Source: Leucoraja ocellata (lineage: Eukaryota). From it: 64,000 bases of DNA. The stretch spans positions 5,270,001 through 5,334,000 of the forward strand of contig JAWMAR010000147.1 of assembly GCA_036785375.1 (NCBI GenBank), given 5' to 3'. A program made the translations under genes and the position numbers. A model generated the notes under the pieces. It saw only the letters and a list, made by a program, of their open reading frames with translations, did no database searches and had not been told where the DNA came from. Each line of letters begins with the position of its first letter. Position 1 is the stretch's first letter. This document shows, in pieces, positions 25,084 through 38,037 of this stretch.

Positions 25084-26182
25084 TAATACTTTTGCTTTGC
25101 ATATTTCAAGCATTGAATGAATGTGAAGAAACCAAAAGTGTTACGATACAAAAGGAGGTGGTTAAGCCCTTCATATCCACACTGACTAAGAAACAGAATA
25201 TTGTGACTAAAGTGTAATACATAACCACGCAGGGAACAATACTTCAGTTAGTTATCAGATGATTTTTTAACCCCCCCTATTTTATCAAGCAGTGAGTTTC
25301 ATAACACACAGCCAAGCCTGGATGACAAAAAATGGTTTGTGCAATATTTTGAGTTATTTTAATTTTCTAATTATTGTGCCGATTGTAGTGTGTGTTGCCT
25401 ATGTTCAACCAATAGAAATACTCGTACTGGAACTGCCCTTCTGACCCTTAATCACCATTAGCTTTAGGACCTAGCATGTATTCATGCTGAGCGTGAGAAG
25501 TGCAGAAATGATATCTGCACTGTACTTAAATTGTCGTAATAATCTCCTAAAACGTTTGGGTCATCATGATTGAAATTAGTTTTGGAAAGTAAAATCATGT
25601 ATTCTCTGAAGTTGTTACTTGTATGAAAAACTGTACAATCTGATTCTCTATTCTTGGCTTCAACTTTACACATCGACGTAAACCAGACACAATGATATTC
25701 TTGAATTAATCTCATCATGAAATATCATGAAGCATGATAATGTGCTAATGTGCCAACAATATCAACAAAAAATAGAAAATGGCCACTAATTAAATCAGCA
25801 ACCGTAGCAATGGTATAAAATTGGTTCATGACCCTGACAGCCTAATCAGGAGAAAGGTTGCTGGTTGAATTCCTTCCTTCTTTTGAAACAGACGTTTAAA
25901 AAGAAAACTTCTTTATGCTGTACCAGTTAATTCCCAAGGATTTACTTGTGCATTGACAGGGCATCTCACATCATCTGCCATTGGCATCAATTAAATCAAT
26001 AACAGTAAATTATTTTTCATTGAGATGTATAAATTGAAGCGATAAACTTATCTACCTCAGGATAGTTCCCTGGAATATGATTCTGAATGAGACAGAAAGA
26101 TTGATCTGGGAAAGTTGCCCACGCTATTGTCTAAAACTGCAGTTTCTTTACTTCTGCAAGAAGATTTAGAATTTTTTAGTTA

Positions 26183-26420
26183 AGGGCCTGTCCCACTTTC
26201 ACGACCTAATTCACGACCTCTGCCGAGTTTGCCCTTGACTCATACTCGCAGCATGATCGTCACGAGGCCGTAGGAGGCCGTAGGTAGGTCGTAGCATGTC
26301 GTGATGCTAGTCGTAGGTACTCGTGGCATTAAGTAGATCTGGGCGTTTTGTCTAGCCTGTCGAAAAATGTCCACGAGTAAAAAAGGTCGAGAATTAGGTC
26401 GTGAAAGTGGGACAGGCCCT
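26183..26420. mobile_element. PIF/Harbinger MITE
   Basis: Perfect 30-bp TIR AGGGCCTGTCCCACTTTCACGACCTAATTC; TTA TSD on both sides. Confidence 0.95.
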
Positions 26421-26989
26421 TTAGTCACTAGTTTTAATTTTCTCATCATGTATATTTTTTGGCCAATGTGCACCCATGTAATACTTACATTTAAATCCTT
26501 ATGGTAAAAAACTGGCAAGAAATTTGAGACAAGCCACTACACGATTGATAAGCTATCAAATATTGGTGAAAGGTTAAATATATAAATATAAGTCAATGAA
26601 GGCATGTACTGTATAAATAAATATACCACATAGGTTAGTGTACAAGTAACTCTACTAGAGGAATATATTCAGTGCCAAATACAATAAAGTGACAAGTTAT
26701 TAGGATAGATCAGGGAAGAAATAAATACAATGAAAACAGAAATCTGCTCATGCTAACTCGATTTCGAGCAGTTTAGAGAAAATAAATAAACCATTTCATT
26801 GGATGTACATGTAAAATTTAGAAAGCTGTCTTTGATTTCTAACAATACACAACTGGGCCACAGTTCATGGTATCTGTTAATTAAATAGCAGAGATAAAAC
26901 GCCAAGCAATGTTTTACATTTAAGCATTGTCTGGCACCGTATCAGTGGGAAATGTCTTACTCTATTACATTCTATTTTGTAATTGGCCA

Positions 26990-27632
26990 TACGTCATCAG
27001 GTGGAGGCAGTGAGATGTGTAAGGGCAGTAGCTCAGGTTAAGCTGGGACAGTGGGTGAACTGGGAAAGTGTAGAAAAGAGGAGGTTTAGCTGTAGGAACC
27101 TGCGGTGTATGGAGGCAGGTCATATAAGTTTCCTTATAGGGGTCATCACTGCAGAACCTCAAACAATGGGTATGTGGTGACCCGGCGTGTCCCTTGTGTA
27201 GCATTTCATTTTGTCCGTGAGGGAGAGAAAGGTAGAGGAGGGAAGTCTGCAGACACCTGTCAAGCCAGTTATGGGGAGCTAATGATTGGGAGATGCAGAT
27301 AGATTTAGAGGAAAGCTTGTTGTTCCGCACAAAATAATTAGTACTAGTTTGAGGCCTGATATAGTGCTATGGTCAGTTATTCAGTGGATAATGTATCTTA
27401 TAGAACTGACAGTGCCTTGGGATAACTTAGTGGATGAGACTTATGAAAGAAAAAGGCTTAGATATGTAGAGTTGGCACCAGAGGTTGAGCAGCGAGTATG
27501 GAGAGCATGAGTATGTTCAGTAGAGTTGGGTTTAGAGGGATGCCAGAACCAACTGTTGAGCCTTCCTGAGGTGTCATGGGCCTAACTCAACTAAACACCA
27601 ATGAAGGGAGGTGCCCACTTGATAACCCCAAT
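26990..27632 (+). mobile_element. HERO-like (R2 group, restriction-like endonuclease) retrotransposon 3' fragment
   Basis: AVAQVKLGQWVNWESVEKR and TSLRPDIVLWS...IELTVPW...AYERK-like...Y motifs of the REL domain. Confidence 0.85.
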
Positions 27633-28814
27633 GATATACTTGCATCTACAGAGCTAATTAATATGTATGTAGCTGTTTATTGCATTTGGAATCATTTATT
27701 GTGTTGGCATATTTAGTTAAGATACTTTGGCTTTGGGCTTGGTTTTCTTAGTTGAGTGCTTATCCTGGAGTTATAGCACACATGCTTTGTGTTGTAATTG
27801 TAATTGACATTACTTTTCCTGAAACTGGGATTTTGTTAGCATTCTATGGAAAAGATGCAGAAATGGGAAGGAATATGAAAGAGGTGAGAAGGGATTTTTA
27901 TCACAACTTATTTTGCAATACAGTTAATCAGAGTGAGGATGCTAGGGATAGGGAAAGGAGGCAGGAGCCACTCTGTCTGTACTATTGCACAACTGAGATC
28001 CAACAGTACCATATACAACACCCAGCTCTGAGGCTTGCACTTTGGCTGACTTCTTTCATACTGCTCCTGATCACATTTTAGTACACCCAATGGGCTGCCC
28101 ACATATAAAAGAAACATTGCATTCCAGTCTTGCACCCCAAGGTAGCAGTGAGATTCTCTGCCAAGGTAAACACCAGTGTCCTTTTATTGAATTACTTGTC
28201 TTTCTCCATGGTACATGAACTGCCTTAATGGATCACCAACAATTATAAAAAGGAAAGAAAAAGCTTTGATAAAATAAACCTCAAATGCAATTGCTCTGCA
28301 TGGAAATGAGACTGATTTCCATTAACCATTAGTAACCAAATAATGACCATAAAAACAAAGATTTTAAAATAATTCCTTACAAAAATGATGACGTGTAGTA
28401 ACTATTGTGTAGGTGTAACTACTAGCCATTTAGTAAGCAACAAGATGGCAGAAAAAGCAATTATATTTTTGATGAAATTGGTTGAGACTGCCAGGACACT
28501 CTGCTTATAATACATACCAGAAGGACGTTACATAACAATATTATATTCCCTAAGTGACAGAGATGGAGCATCATCTTATTTTATGAAAACAACTAAGTGT
28601 ACAAAAGATTATTTGGCGCATTCATCTTGTGCCATATCTGTTGAACAATACGATTAGTTTTGATGAACTCAGGGAATGGATGGGATATTATATTTATTAC
28701 TGAAATGCGAGGGAGGGACAGAACTGGCAGCTCAATGCTCCAGGATACAGAAACTGCATGAGCTTTTGGCATGCTTGTCTTCAATGGGAAGGCGATAGGG
28801 CACAAAAGTTGGGA

Positions 28815-29945
28815 CGGAGAACATTGAACACTACAGCACAGGAACAGGCCCTTTGATTCACAATGTTTGTGTCAAACATGATGCCTAGTTAAACTGATCT
28901 CATCTGGCAGTAGATGATCCATATCTCTCTACTCCCTGCACATCCACGAGCTTATCTAAAAGCCTCTCAAATGCCACTATCGTTTCTGCTTTCACCACTA
29001 CCGCAGGCAATATGTTCTAGGCCCCCACTACTCTCTGGGTAACAAAACTAGCCCTGCACATCTCAATTAAATTTTATCTCTCTCACCTTATAGCTATGCT
29101 CTCTAGTGTTGTGCATTTACATCCTGAGAAAAAGGTTCTGACTGTCTACCCTATCTATGCCTCTCATAATTTTATATACTTCTATCAAAACCCCTCAACC
29201 CCTGACGTTCCAGAAAAAACAATCCAAGTCCCTCCAACCTCTCCTTGAAGCTGAAACCCTCTAATCTAGGCAGCATTCTGGTAAAACTCCTCTGCATCCT
29301 CTCCAAAGACTCCACATCTTTCCTGTAATGGGGTGACCAGAACCTCAAGTGATACTCCAAATGCAGCCTAACCAAAGTCCTATAAAGCTGGAACATCATG
29401 ATACATTTGTACAAGTCATTGGTGAGACCCTACCAATCGCCCTGTCCCACTGAACGAGCTCATATAAGAGCTCTCCCGAGTTTAAAAAATTGAACTCGTG
29501 GAAGCACGTAGAATGTACGTAGTGGGTACGTCGGAGCTCGTTTTTCTCTTTGGAATGTGGTAGGCCAAGGATTCATCTTATTGAAGTATACAAAATCATG
29601 AAGGGCATGGGTAAAGTGAACACTCATAGTCTTTTTCCCAGGATAGAGGATTCTAAAACTAGAGGGCATATACTTAATATGAGGGAGAGTTTTAAGAAGT
29701 ACCTCTGGGGCAACTTTTTCACCCAGAGGGTAATCCATACCTGAAATGACCTTGCAGCCAAACCCATAGAAGCATATACAATTACGACTTCCAAAACATT
29801 TGCACCAGAATATAACTAGGAACTATTTAGAGGGATATGGGCCAAATATATGCAAATTAGACTCATCCAGAGTGCCAACTTAGTCAGCATGGATAAATTG
29901 GGACATATAACCATATTGGCCTGTTACCATGCTGAATACCTCTAT
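28815..29945. mobile_element. Two diverging CR1 3' fragments (minus 28815-29395, plus about 29395-29945) with a half MITE at 29439-29545
   Basis: LYRTLVRLHLEY...FWSPHYRKD on minus; LIEVYKIMKG...FFTQRV on plus; GCCCTGTCCCACTG terminus. Confidence 0.8.
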
Positions 29946-30274
29946 GAAGGAGGAATTCGCATGGGTGTGTGTTGTGCTTAAGGGAATATTGTCACTTTAG
30001 GAAAGATGCAAAACTGATTAATAACATTATTACGATAGGAAGAAACAATTTTATGGAAAAATCTGAAATACATAGCTTTCTACTTTCAGCAGCAAAAATC
30101 GAAGGACATATTTGGTAAAATGATTTTAATTAGAATAAATAAGGATATACAGCATTCAATGAAAGAAGATATAGAAAACAGAAAATTTAATATAATTGTG
30201 AAAAGAATCAGTGGAGAATTATGGGGAGATAACTTATGAAGTGACCTGCAATATGCAACAAGGGGTTTTAGAAG

Positions 30275-30371
30275 AAGATAGACACAAAATGCTGGAGTAA
30301 CTCAGCAGGACGGGCATCATCTCTGGATAGAAGGAATGGGTGACGTTTCGGGTTGAGGCCCTTCTTCAGAC
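30275..30371 (-). mobile_element. Short Penelope-pLTR-derived unit
   Basis: Reverse of GTCTGAAGAAGGG...CCCGAAACGTCACCCATTCC...TTTTGTGTCTATCT; flanked by TTTTAG(A/C)AG. Confidence 0.85.
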
Positions 30372-31735
30372 TTTTAGCAGCTTCTGCAATGACCTTGATG
30401 TTCTAAGCTGATGCCATCTATTTTTATTTCAAGTTATAAATTGATCAGATGGGCATTGAACCTTCTGACCTCTTGCTTGTTGTTAGGCCCTCATAGGCAA
30501 CCACCCCTTTCAGTGATCCAGGCTCCACTGAGTTTTTAAAGTAAAGCTGAATCATTAAACTGCAGGGAGCTTCTGACTGAGCGAGGTCTTGTGATGGAAT
30601 GGGGATCTCCAGCTCATTCTGCTACCATGGGTGAGAGGGGTGATAAAATATAATTGCAAAAAAATGTTTTGAGCTATGCATAAAACCTTTAGCATTCCAA
30701 TCTGCAGTGTATCATAAATACATTACTGTTCTGTTGGTAATACCTTACAGTAAACTCACGGTTTCCAAAGAGTTGTAGCGTCTTTCTGGTCGCCGCTGAA
30801 TTTTCAACATTGTTGAAAATTTTGGCGACCTATCACGGGTGCCAGCAGTCGCCTGTAAAGGTCGCGTAAGTTGGACAGGCCCTCAAGGCTTTCTGAACTC
30901 CAATTGTTTCCGCATTTCAATTAATTACAACAAAATTGAAGAAGTTGCTCCACTAAACTCAATGTACTGTTAATTTTAAATTTCTGAATGTAGAAAATCT
31001 GCACGTGTGCAAATGACCAGGCAGATCCCCTGGCCTGTTGTTCATATATTAGTCTGTAACTTGCTGGGATCTTAGCCATTTCTCCATAATGAACCAAAAA
31101 CAAAAAAATTATTCAGGTCAAAGACGGGTTCGGCCTATGATTAGATTATGTTGACATGTCTGACAGTATTAAGGGAAATGGCCAAGAACAAAATGATAGG
31201 GAAAGAATGAAAAAGAAAGAATGACAAAGAAAGGAAGATTAAATGGCACAGGGTAATAAGTCCAATCAGCGCATAATAGACAGATTCTGTAAAACACATT
31301 ATTTTCTCAGTTGCCTCATTGAATTCTGCCAAAAAAGTTCAGTCAATTTCTTTAAGGTTGGCATATTGGTAATATGTTGCCCAGGCCCTTAGTGACATTT
31401 TAAACTAACCTATTTAACGGAACTCAGTTCTCCCAGGCTCCTAACCAACATTCCTCCCTAGAGCAACAGCTTCAAATCAAAAGTACTCCTTCTCTTCATT
31501 TACTTGATATGACTTTGCTGGCAATTGGTTGCCAGGTACTTAGATAGGTAAGATTTGGAGAAATATGGGCCACACAGGTAAATGCGACTAGCATAGGTGC
31601 ACATCTTTGTTTTGCATGGACAAGTGCCTGTTATTGTGCCATATGACTCTATGACAAATGAAGTTTGACATAAGAAATGCTTCCGACATATTCCCAAATT
31701 TGGTGAATAACGCTGGAGCGTTCCTGAATAATTCA

Positions 31736-32048
31736 GGCGACACGGTAGCGCAGCGGTAGAGTTGGTGCCTTACTGCACTTACAGCGCCAGTGTCCCAGTT
31801 TCGATCCCGACTACGGGTGCTGTCTGTACGGAGTTTGTATGTTCTCCCCATGACCGTATGGGTTTCCTCCAAGACATTTGGTTTCGTCCCACACTCCAAA
31901 GACGTACAAGTTTGTAGGTTAATTGGCTTAGTATAAATGTAAATTGTCCGTAGTGTGTTTAGGTTAGTGTGTTGGGATCTCTGGTCGGTGTGGACCCAGT
32001 GGGCCATAGGGCCTGCGTTTGCGCTGTATCTTTAAACTAAACTAAACT
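31736..32048 (+). mobile_element. HE1-like tRNA-derived V-SINE
   Basis: A box GGTAGCGCAGCGG, B box GTTTCGATCCC, V-domain GGAGTTTGTATGTTCTCCCC...GGGTTTCCTCC, (TAAAC)n tail. Confidence 0.92.
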
Positions 32049-34020
32049 CATTCAAGAGCATCTGTTAGTTGTGATAGTGTGAAGCATGTTTCTGATGGTG
32101 CTGTTGCGAATTTCTTTTGGGTAAGGAGCTGAGTTGTAATTGCCATAAAGGGCTCTTTGTCATTTAGTTGCTTCAGTATTTGTAGACATACAAATTACCT
32201 GGAGTATCCTGGAAGGAACCTTGGGGAAATTCCTTAACTGTTTCTACTGATAAGATCTTTCCAAAGTAAATGCTCTCTCCTTTGGAACTGCATTAACTAA
32301 TGCTCCCCTGGAGTAAGATGTTTGGTTTTGGTTAGGACTGTAGAGCCTTGTGCCTCTTTAATGTTCATTAACTCTTCAATCAACCTATTTGTTTGCTTTG
32401 CTAACTGGAGAAAACTATCTGCAATTTTACAGGCCCCTGGGTTATGGGATAGACTGAGTGATGTACTCAGGCTCAGGTTAAAAAAATGTTTTCAAATTCC
32501 TTTTGGTGGATTAATCTGGAAATCTCCAAAGTAATTGTGGTTAAACAGCTGAGCGGTCATAAATCCAAACTAAATTAACACTAACTGTGAGGTTGAAGAG
32601 AGGTACATTAATTAATATTTCAAAATCAATAATAATATGGTGTTTGGATGCTGACCCAGGCTGTTACTGAGTCACTGGACTGAGAAAAAATTAAAATAAT
32701 TTAAAGTGCAGGGATACTCGGTTAATCCTGCACATTCAAATATTGGCGGTGCCAGACAAATTGATTTTAAGGATTACTGAGTTTTAGATTATTAATACTC
32801 CAACATGCATTTAATACACTTTCTATTCCATGTTACACCATATAATAAGAAAATTTGTCCAGTAAGTTTAAAGATAGTGTCGGTTAAAAATGCTCCACTA
32901 TGTTTAAAGGAACATAGGAAACAGAACCAGCTGAGCTTCAATAGCATAAAGAAACCTGGGCCCATATGAAAAGGAGTGCCAGAACTAGAGTCACCATGGG
33001 TGAAAGGAAGAACAGGAACCGGGGTTTTGGGGCATTAGAGGTAGTCCAGGAACTGAGGCCCAGTATATTAGAGAAATCCCAGGCTCTGAGGATTAGCAGG
33101 CAGCTCAGGAACCAAGGCCCCAGTTTGTAAAAGAATCTTAGAACAGATGTCAAAAATTAAAGGGGTGCAGGCACTGGGGCACCTTCATGGGCGCACGGGA
33201 ACCAGTACTCCAGGATTAAATGGAGTGTGTGAATCAGCGCAGAGTTAGCTAGATGTTGAAAAATCAGGACTTTGAAAGAGTTAGACAGTGGATCTTTAGA
33301 ATGTTACTGTTAGCAGTGCTATCTTGGTTGGCATTGGGTACGTTGAGCCGATGGGCTTGTTTCTGCGCTGCATGTCTCTGACTCTAAATCTGAATTTAAC
33401 TTTCTCCTCCATGGTAATAGGACTCTCAAAACAAAAAGAAATTGCATTATTTTTGTCCATTAGTTCTAGGAGCCCATGAATTCTAAAAAGTTTACATGTA
33501 GAATAACCGAGCAGAGCTTGGAGTTCACATCTAATATGGTCAGCTGAGATAGTGATTGAGCACCTTAAGTATCACCATGAATTAAGACCAGGAAGATCCC
33601 ACCTGGCCAATGTAGCTGGAGCTTTGATAACGGGATGTTTGATGGAAAGGGTTAATGTACAAAAATTATTAGCAGAAATAAAAATGTGTACTATGAGAGG
33701 TAACATTAAGGCATGGCTTTTGAACCTGCATGCCGTACTGACAGGATTTCACAGTGACTGTTCCGCAGGCAACCTGACTGGTAGTCTCAGCTTTTAACCA
33801 TGTGTATGAATATCTTGGATGAAGGAACAGACCATGATATTTTCTAAGTTTTCAGATGGCACGAGATTAGTAAGTCATGAAATATGCAGATTCGGTGAAT
33901 CGGCAATGCACAAGTAGAGGGATCTTAGAATATGTAGGAAAGTAAATGCCATTCACTTGTGAAAAACAGCAAATTGTTTATTTTAAATAGGTGGCTTGCC
34001 ACATAGTTAGTCAGAGCATC

Positions 34021-34530
34021 TTAAAAAGATGATATATAAGGGTAACATAATGTACAAATGGCAACCTGTACGAAGAATACAAAGGCTTGGCCGACTGTGA
34101 TCTGTTGAGGGAAGCCACCAGGCCCGGACCCTACTCGCCCCCTGAAGACTGGAGAACTGATGAGGAGGGAACCGCCGGAGATATCGGAAGCGAGGAACAA
34201 GGGCTGGTAGGAGGTGCAACGAGTAATGCCTCCAGCAGCCTCAAGGTTGGCTTCAGCAGGTGGCCCCGGGACACAAAGTTGGCCGGGCAAGTAGAGGGAC
34301 GTCGGTTCGCTGAACAATCCATCGAAAACAACGGTGGAAGGCCTTAAAGGAATCCGGGGCTTACCTGGATCAGGAAATGCTCCAGTAGACTGAGTGCGTG
34401 GGCGGGCCAGACTTTGGACGTTGGAAATGCCGCCAAAACATGGCGGAGCCCGCATGAGTAAATATGCAAAAGGATTTCACTGTGCAGTTACGCATGTGAC
34501 AACTAAAGCACATTTGAACCACAGAACCAT
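34021..34530 (+). mobile_element. GC-rich non-autonomous retroelement fragment
   Basis: 3' TTTCACTGTGCAGTTACGCATGTGACAACTAAA plus GAACC repeats, Rex1-like. Confidence 0.6.
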
Positions 34531-35792
34531 ATATAAAACTATTTCACAATTTCCAAGATTTTAAAGAAATAAATTATTATTGATTTGGCAATAATGGGAA
34601 CAGAAATATAAAATTCCAGCATATTTTGTTTCCATGCAAGTGAATGAAAGTATTAGTATCTCATTATCTAAATCCAAAATATATTTCATATATGTGGCCC
34701 TTTGAAATGACTTTGGTTGTAAATGACCTCTACCCACAAATTATATTGCACATCACTGCCCTATAATGGTTGCGTGGGGGGGGGCGGCCTTCGGCGTCAC
34801 CCACACTAACCGCCCCCCACGCACACACACTAACCCCCCACCTTGATATTATATTATTATTAATTTGCTCCTTTTACCATATCCACTCACGCATAACCCA
34901 CAACTGCGCAGGCGCGGCTAGTGAGGGGGGAGGGGGTGGAGAGGGAGTGGGGTAGAGAGGGAGGGGGTAGAGATTGAGGGGTGGGGGGGGCTGGTTCTCG
35001 AACGCACTCCACCACTCACACATAGGTCCCAATATTCACCACTCCCTAGAGAGGGAGTGGGGGGGCAGAGATGGGTTGGGGCAGACAGGGAAGGCCGCCT
35101 CCCCTCCTCTCCTCCCTCCTCTCCATCCCCCCCTCCACCCCTCCCTCCACCCCTCCCTCTCCACCTCCCTCCCCCCGCCCCCCTCTCTCCCCCCCTTCTC
35201 TCTTTCACTGCCCTGGGGAGGGGCTAGAGAGGGATGGGGAGGGGGTAGAGGCAGCACCTACCCAAGTTGTAGAGCACAAGCCTCCCCATCAGGCGCCGGG
35301 CCCGAGCTAGGCTGAGGCCGGCGTGGTCCAGTATGATGCCCGGAGCGATTTGAGGATGATGAAAAACAGCGGAGGGCCGGCCGATCGTGGCTTCCGCAAG
35401 GGTAAGTGCACCCAGCAGCATGATAGACGATCGGGCGGGGGAGACGGAGAGGAGGTCATCCCCTGTGACGGCCACTTTTCAACTGCGCTTGTCGGCAGCC
35501 TCGCTGCGATAATGATCTCCGCCGCTATGTTGTAGAACTTCAAGAAGCCTAACGGAGCGTGCAGCACGACTTGATCATGCGTTCGGTGGTACACAAAAAT
35601 GCTGGAGAAACTCAGCGGGTGCAGCAGCATCAATGGAGCGAAGGAAATAGGCGAAGTTTCGGGCCGAAACCCTTCTTCAGACTGATGGGGGGTGGGGGGG
35701 AAGGAAGGAAAAAGGGAGGAGGAGGAGCCTGAGGGCGGGGGGGATGGGAGGAGACAGCTCGAGGGTTAAGGAAGGGGAGGAGACAGCAAGGG

Positions 35793-37185
35793 CTAGCAAA
35801 ATTGGGGGAATTCAATGTTCATGCCATCCGGTCGCAAGCAACCCAGGCGGAATATGAGGTGCTGTTCCTCTAATTTCCGGTGTTGCTCACTCTGGCAATG
35901 GAGGAGACCCAGGACAGAGAGGTCGGATTGGGAATGGGAGGGGGAGTTGAAGTGCTGAGCCACCAGGAGTTCAGGTAGGTTATTGCGGACTGAGCGGAGG
36001 TGTTCGGCGAAACGATCGCCCAACCTCCGCTTAGTCTCCCCGATGTAAATCAGCTGACATCTAGAGCAGCGGATGCAGTAGATGAGGTTGGAGGAGATAC
36101 AGGTGAACCTTTGTCGCACCTGGAACGATTGCTTGGGTCCTTGAATGGAGTCGAGGGGGGAGGTGAAGGGACAGGTATTGTATTTCTTGCGGTTGCAACG
36201 GAAAGTGCCCGGGGGAGGGGGTGGTATGGGAGGGAAGGGAAGAATTGACAAGGGAGTTGCGGAGGGAGCGGTCTTTGGGGAAGGCAGACATAGGGGGAGA
36301 TGGGAAGATGTGGCGAGTGGTGGGGTTACGTTGGAGGTAGCGGAAATGGCAGAGGATTATTTGTTGTATTTGCCGGCTGGTGGGGTGAAAGGTGAGGACT
36401 AGGGGGACTCTGCCCTTGTTGCGAGTGCGGGGATGGGGAGAGAGAGTAGTGTTGCGGGGTATGGATGAGACCCTGGTGCGAGCCTCATCTATGGTGGCGG
36501 AGGGGAATCCCTGTTCCCTGAAGAATGAGGACATTTCCGATGCCCTGGTGTGGAACGTTTCATCCTGGGAGCAGATGCGGCGTAGGCAGAGGAATTGGGA
36601 GTAGGGGATGGAGCCTTTACAGGGGGCAGGGTGGGAAGACGAGTAGTCCAGATAGCCATGTGAGTCAGTCGGTTTGTAGTGTATGTCGGTCAGAAGTCTG
36701 TCCCCTGCGATGGAGATGGTGAGGTCAAGGAATGGTAGGGAAGTGTCGGAAATGGTCCAGGTGTATTGGAGTGCCGGATGGAAGTTGGTGGCGAAGTGGA
36801 TGAAGTCAGTCAGATGTGTGTGGGTGCAGGAGGTGGCCCCAAAGCTGTCGTCAATGTAACGGAGGTAGAGGTCGGGGATGGGGCCCTGGTACGTATTGAA
36901 CAAGGATTGTTCAACGTACCCGACAAAGAGGCAGGCGTAGCTGGGGCCCATGCGTGTGCCCATAGCTACGCCTTGTGTTTGGAGGAAATGGGCGGAGTCA
37001 AACGTAAAGTTGTTGAGGGTGAGGACCAACTCCGCTAGGCGGAGGAGGGTGTCAGTGGCTGGGTATAGGTTGCTCCTCTGGTCGAGGAAGAACCGGAGGG
37101 CTTTGAGGCCATCCTGGTGGGGGATGAAGGTGTAGAGTGACTGGACATCCATGGTGAAGATGAGGGGGTGAGGGCCTAGAGAGTG
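35793..37185 (-). pseudogene. Penelope RT plus GIY-YIG endonuclease, 5'-truncated, one frameshift
   Basis: MDVQSLYT, QTQGVAMGT, YLRYIDD, FLDLTI; Cys-rich linker; NLIYCIRC...IYIGETKR...RFAEH...GMN. Confidence 0.95.
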
Positions 37186-37490
37186 TAATGCGCGGAGTGT
37201 AATAATCTCCAACGCACCCCCTCCTCGTGGAACCCCTCTCGTAAAGTCTCGGCTCTGGAACTCTTTATCCAGAACTGCCACCGCGACGTCAACCGCCTCA
37301 ACTTCTCCACTACCGTCTCACGCCTGGGTTGCTTGCGTCCGGATGGCATGAACGTTGAATTCTCCGAGTTTTGCTAGCCCTTGCTGTCTCCTCCCCTTCC
37401 TTAACCCTCGAGCTGTCTCCTCCCATCCCCCCGCCCTCCGACTCCTCCTCCTCCCTTTTTCCTTCCTTCTCCCCCCCACCCCCCATCAGT

Positions 37491-37518
37491 CTGAAGAAGG
37501 GTTTCGGCCCGAAACGTC
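37491..37518 (+). ncRNA. Minimal type I hammerhead-ribozyme-like core in the pLTR
   Basis: CTGAAGA-A-GGG(TTTCGG)CCC-GAAAC-GTC. Helix III has no loop (palindromic ACGT) and helix I is weak. Penelope pLTRs are known to carry minimal hammerheads. Confidence 0.55.
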
Positions 37519-38037
37519 GCCTATTTCCATCGCTCCATAGATGCTGCTGCACCCGCTGAGTTTCTCCAGCATTTTTGTGTACCTTCGATCCTCCAGCATC
37601 TGCAGTTCCTTCTTGAACGCTTGATCATGCGTTCAACGGCTTAAATCCAGAGCCGGTGGGGGGGGGGGGGGAGGGCGACTGGGCCACGTAACTCGCAGCT
37701 CGTGGCTAGGAGTTGAAAACTCTGCGCAGCTGGCCGCGAGGAACAAAGGCATTGTGACGTCATCAGCTCGCTTCAGCAGTTACAATTGGAAAAGATGTCA
37801 GATCGGTGAACAATTTTAGTAAAAAATTAGATTGGTAAACAATTTTAGCAATTTTAGTAAAAAACACGGGAAATAATGAATCAAATTTTCAGATGAGGGG
37901 ATTTTTGAAATTATGAAGTATATCTCTAAACATTTCACCGTTACGTCGGGTTTTCGAGGAGATGTAATCACATGTGAAAAAACACACACACGCACACAGC
38001 CACACACACACATCCAAGATCAGAGTTGTATAGGTTA

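Larger units (their letters stand above)
35585..37619 (-). mobile_element. Penelope-like element (Neptune type) with inverted pLTRs
   Basis: 15-bp TSD CTTGATCATGCGTTC at 35570-35584 and 37620-37634; pLTR on minus near 35588-35850 and on plus at 37321-37619. Confidence 0.95.

Noticed and set aside
31736-31815. tRNA gene
   Set aside because: It is the tRNA-derived head of a V-SINE with body and tail attached.
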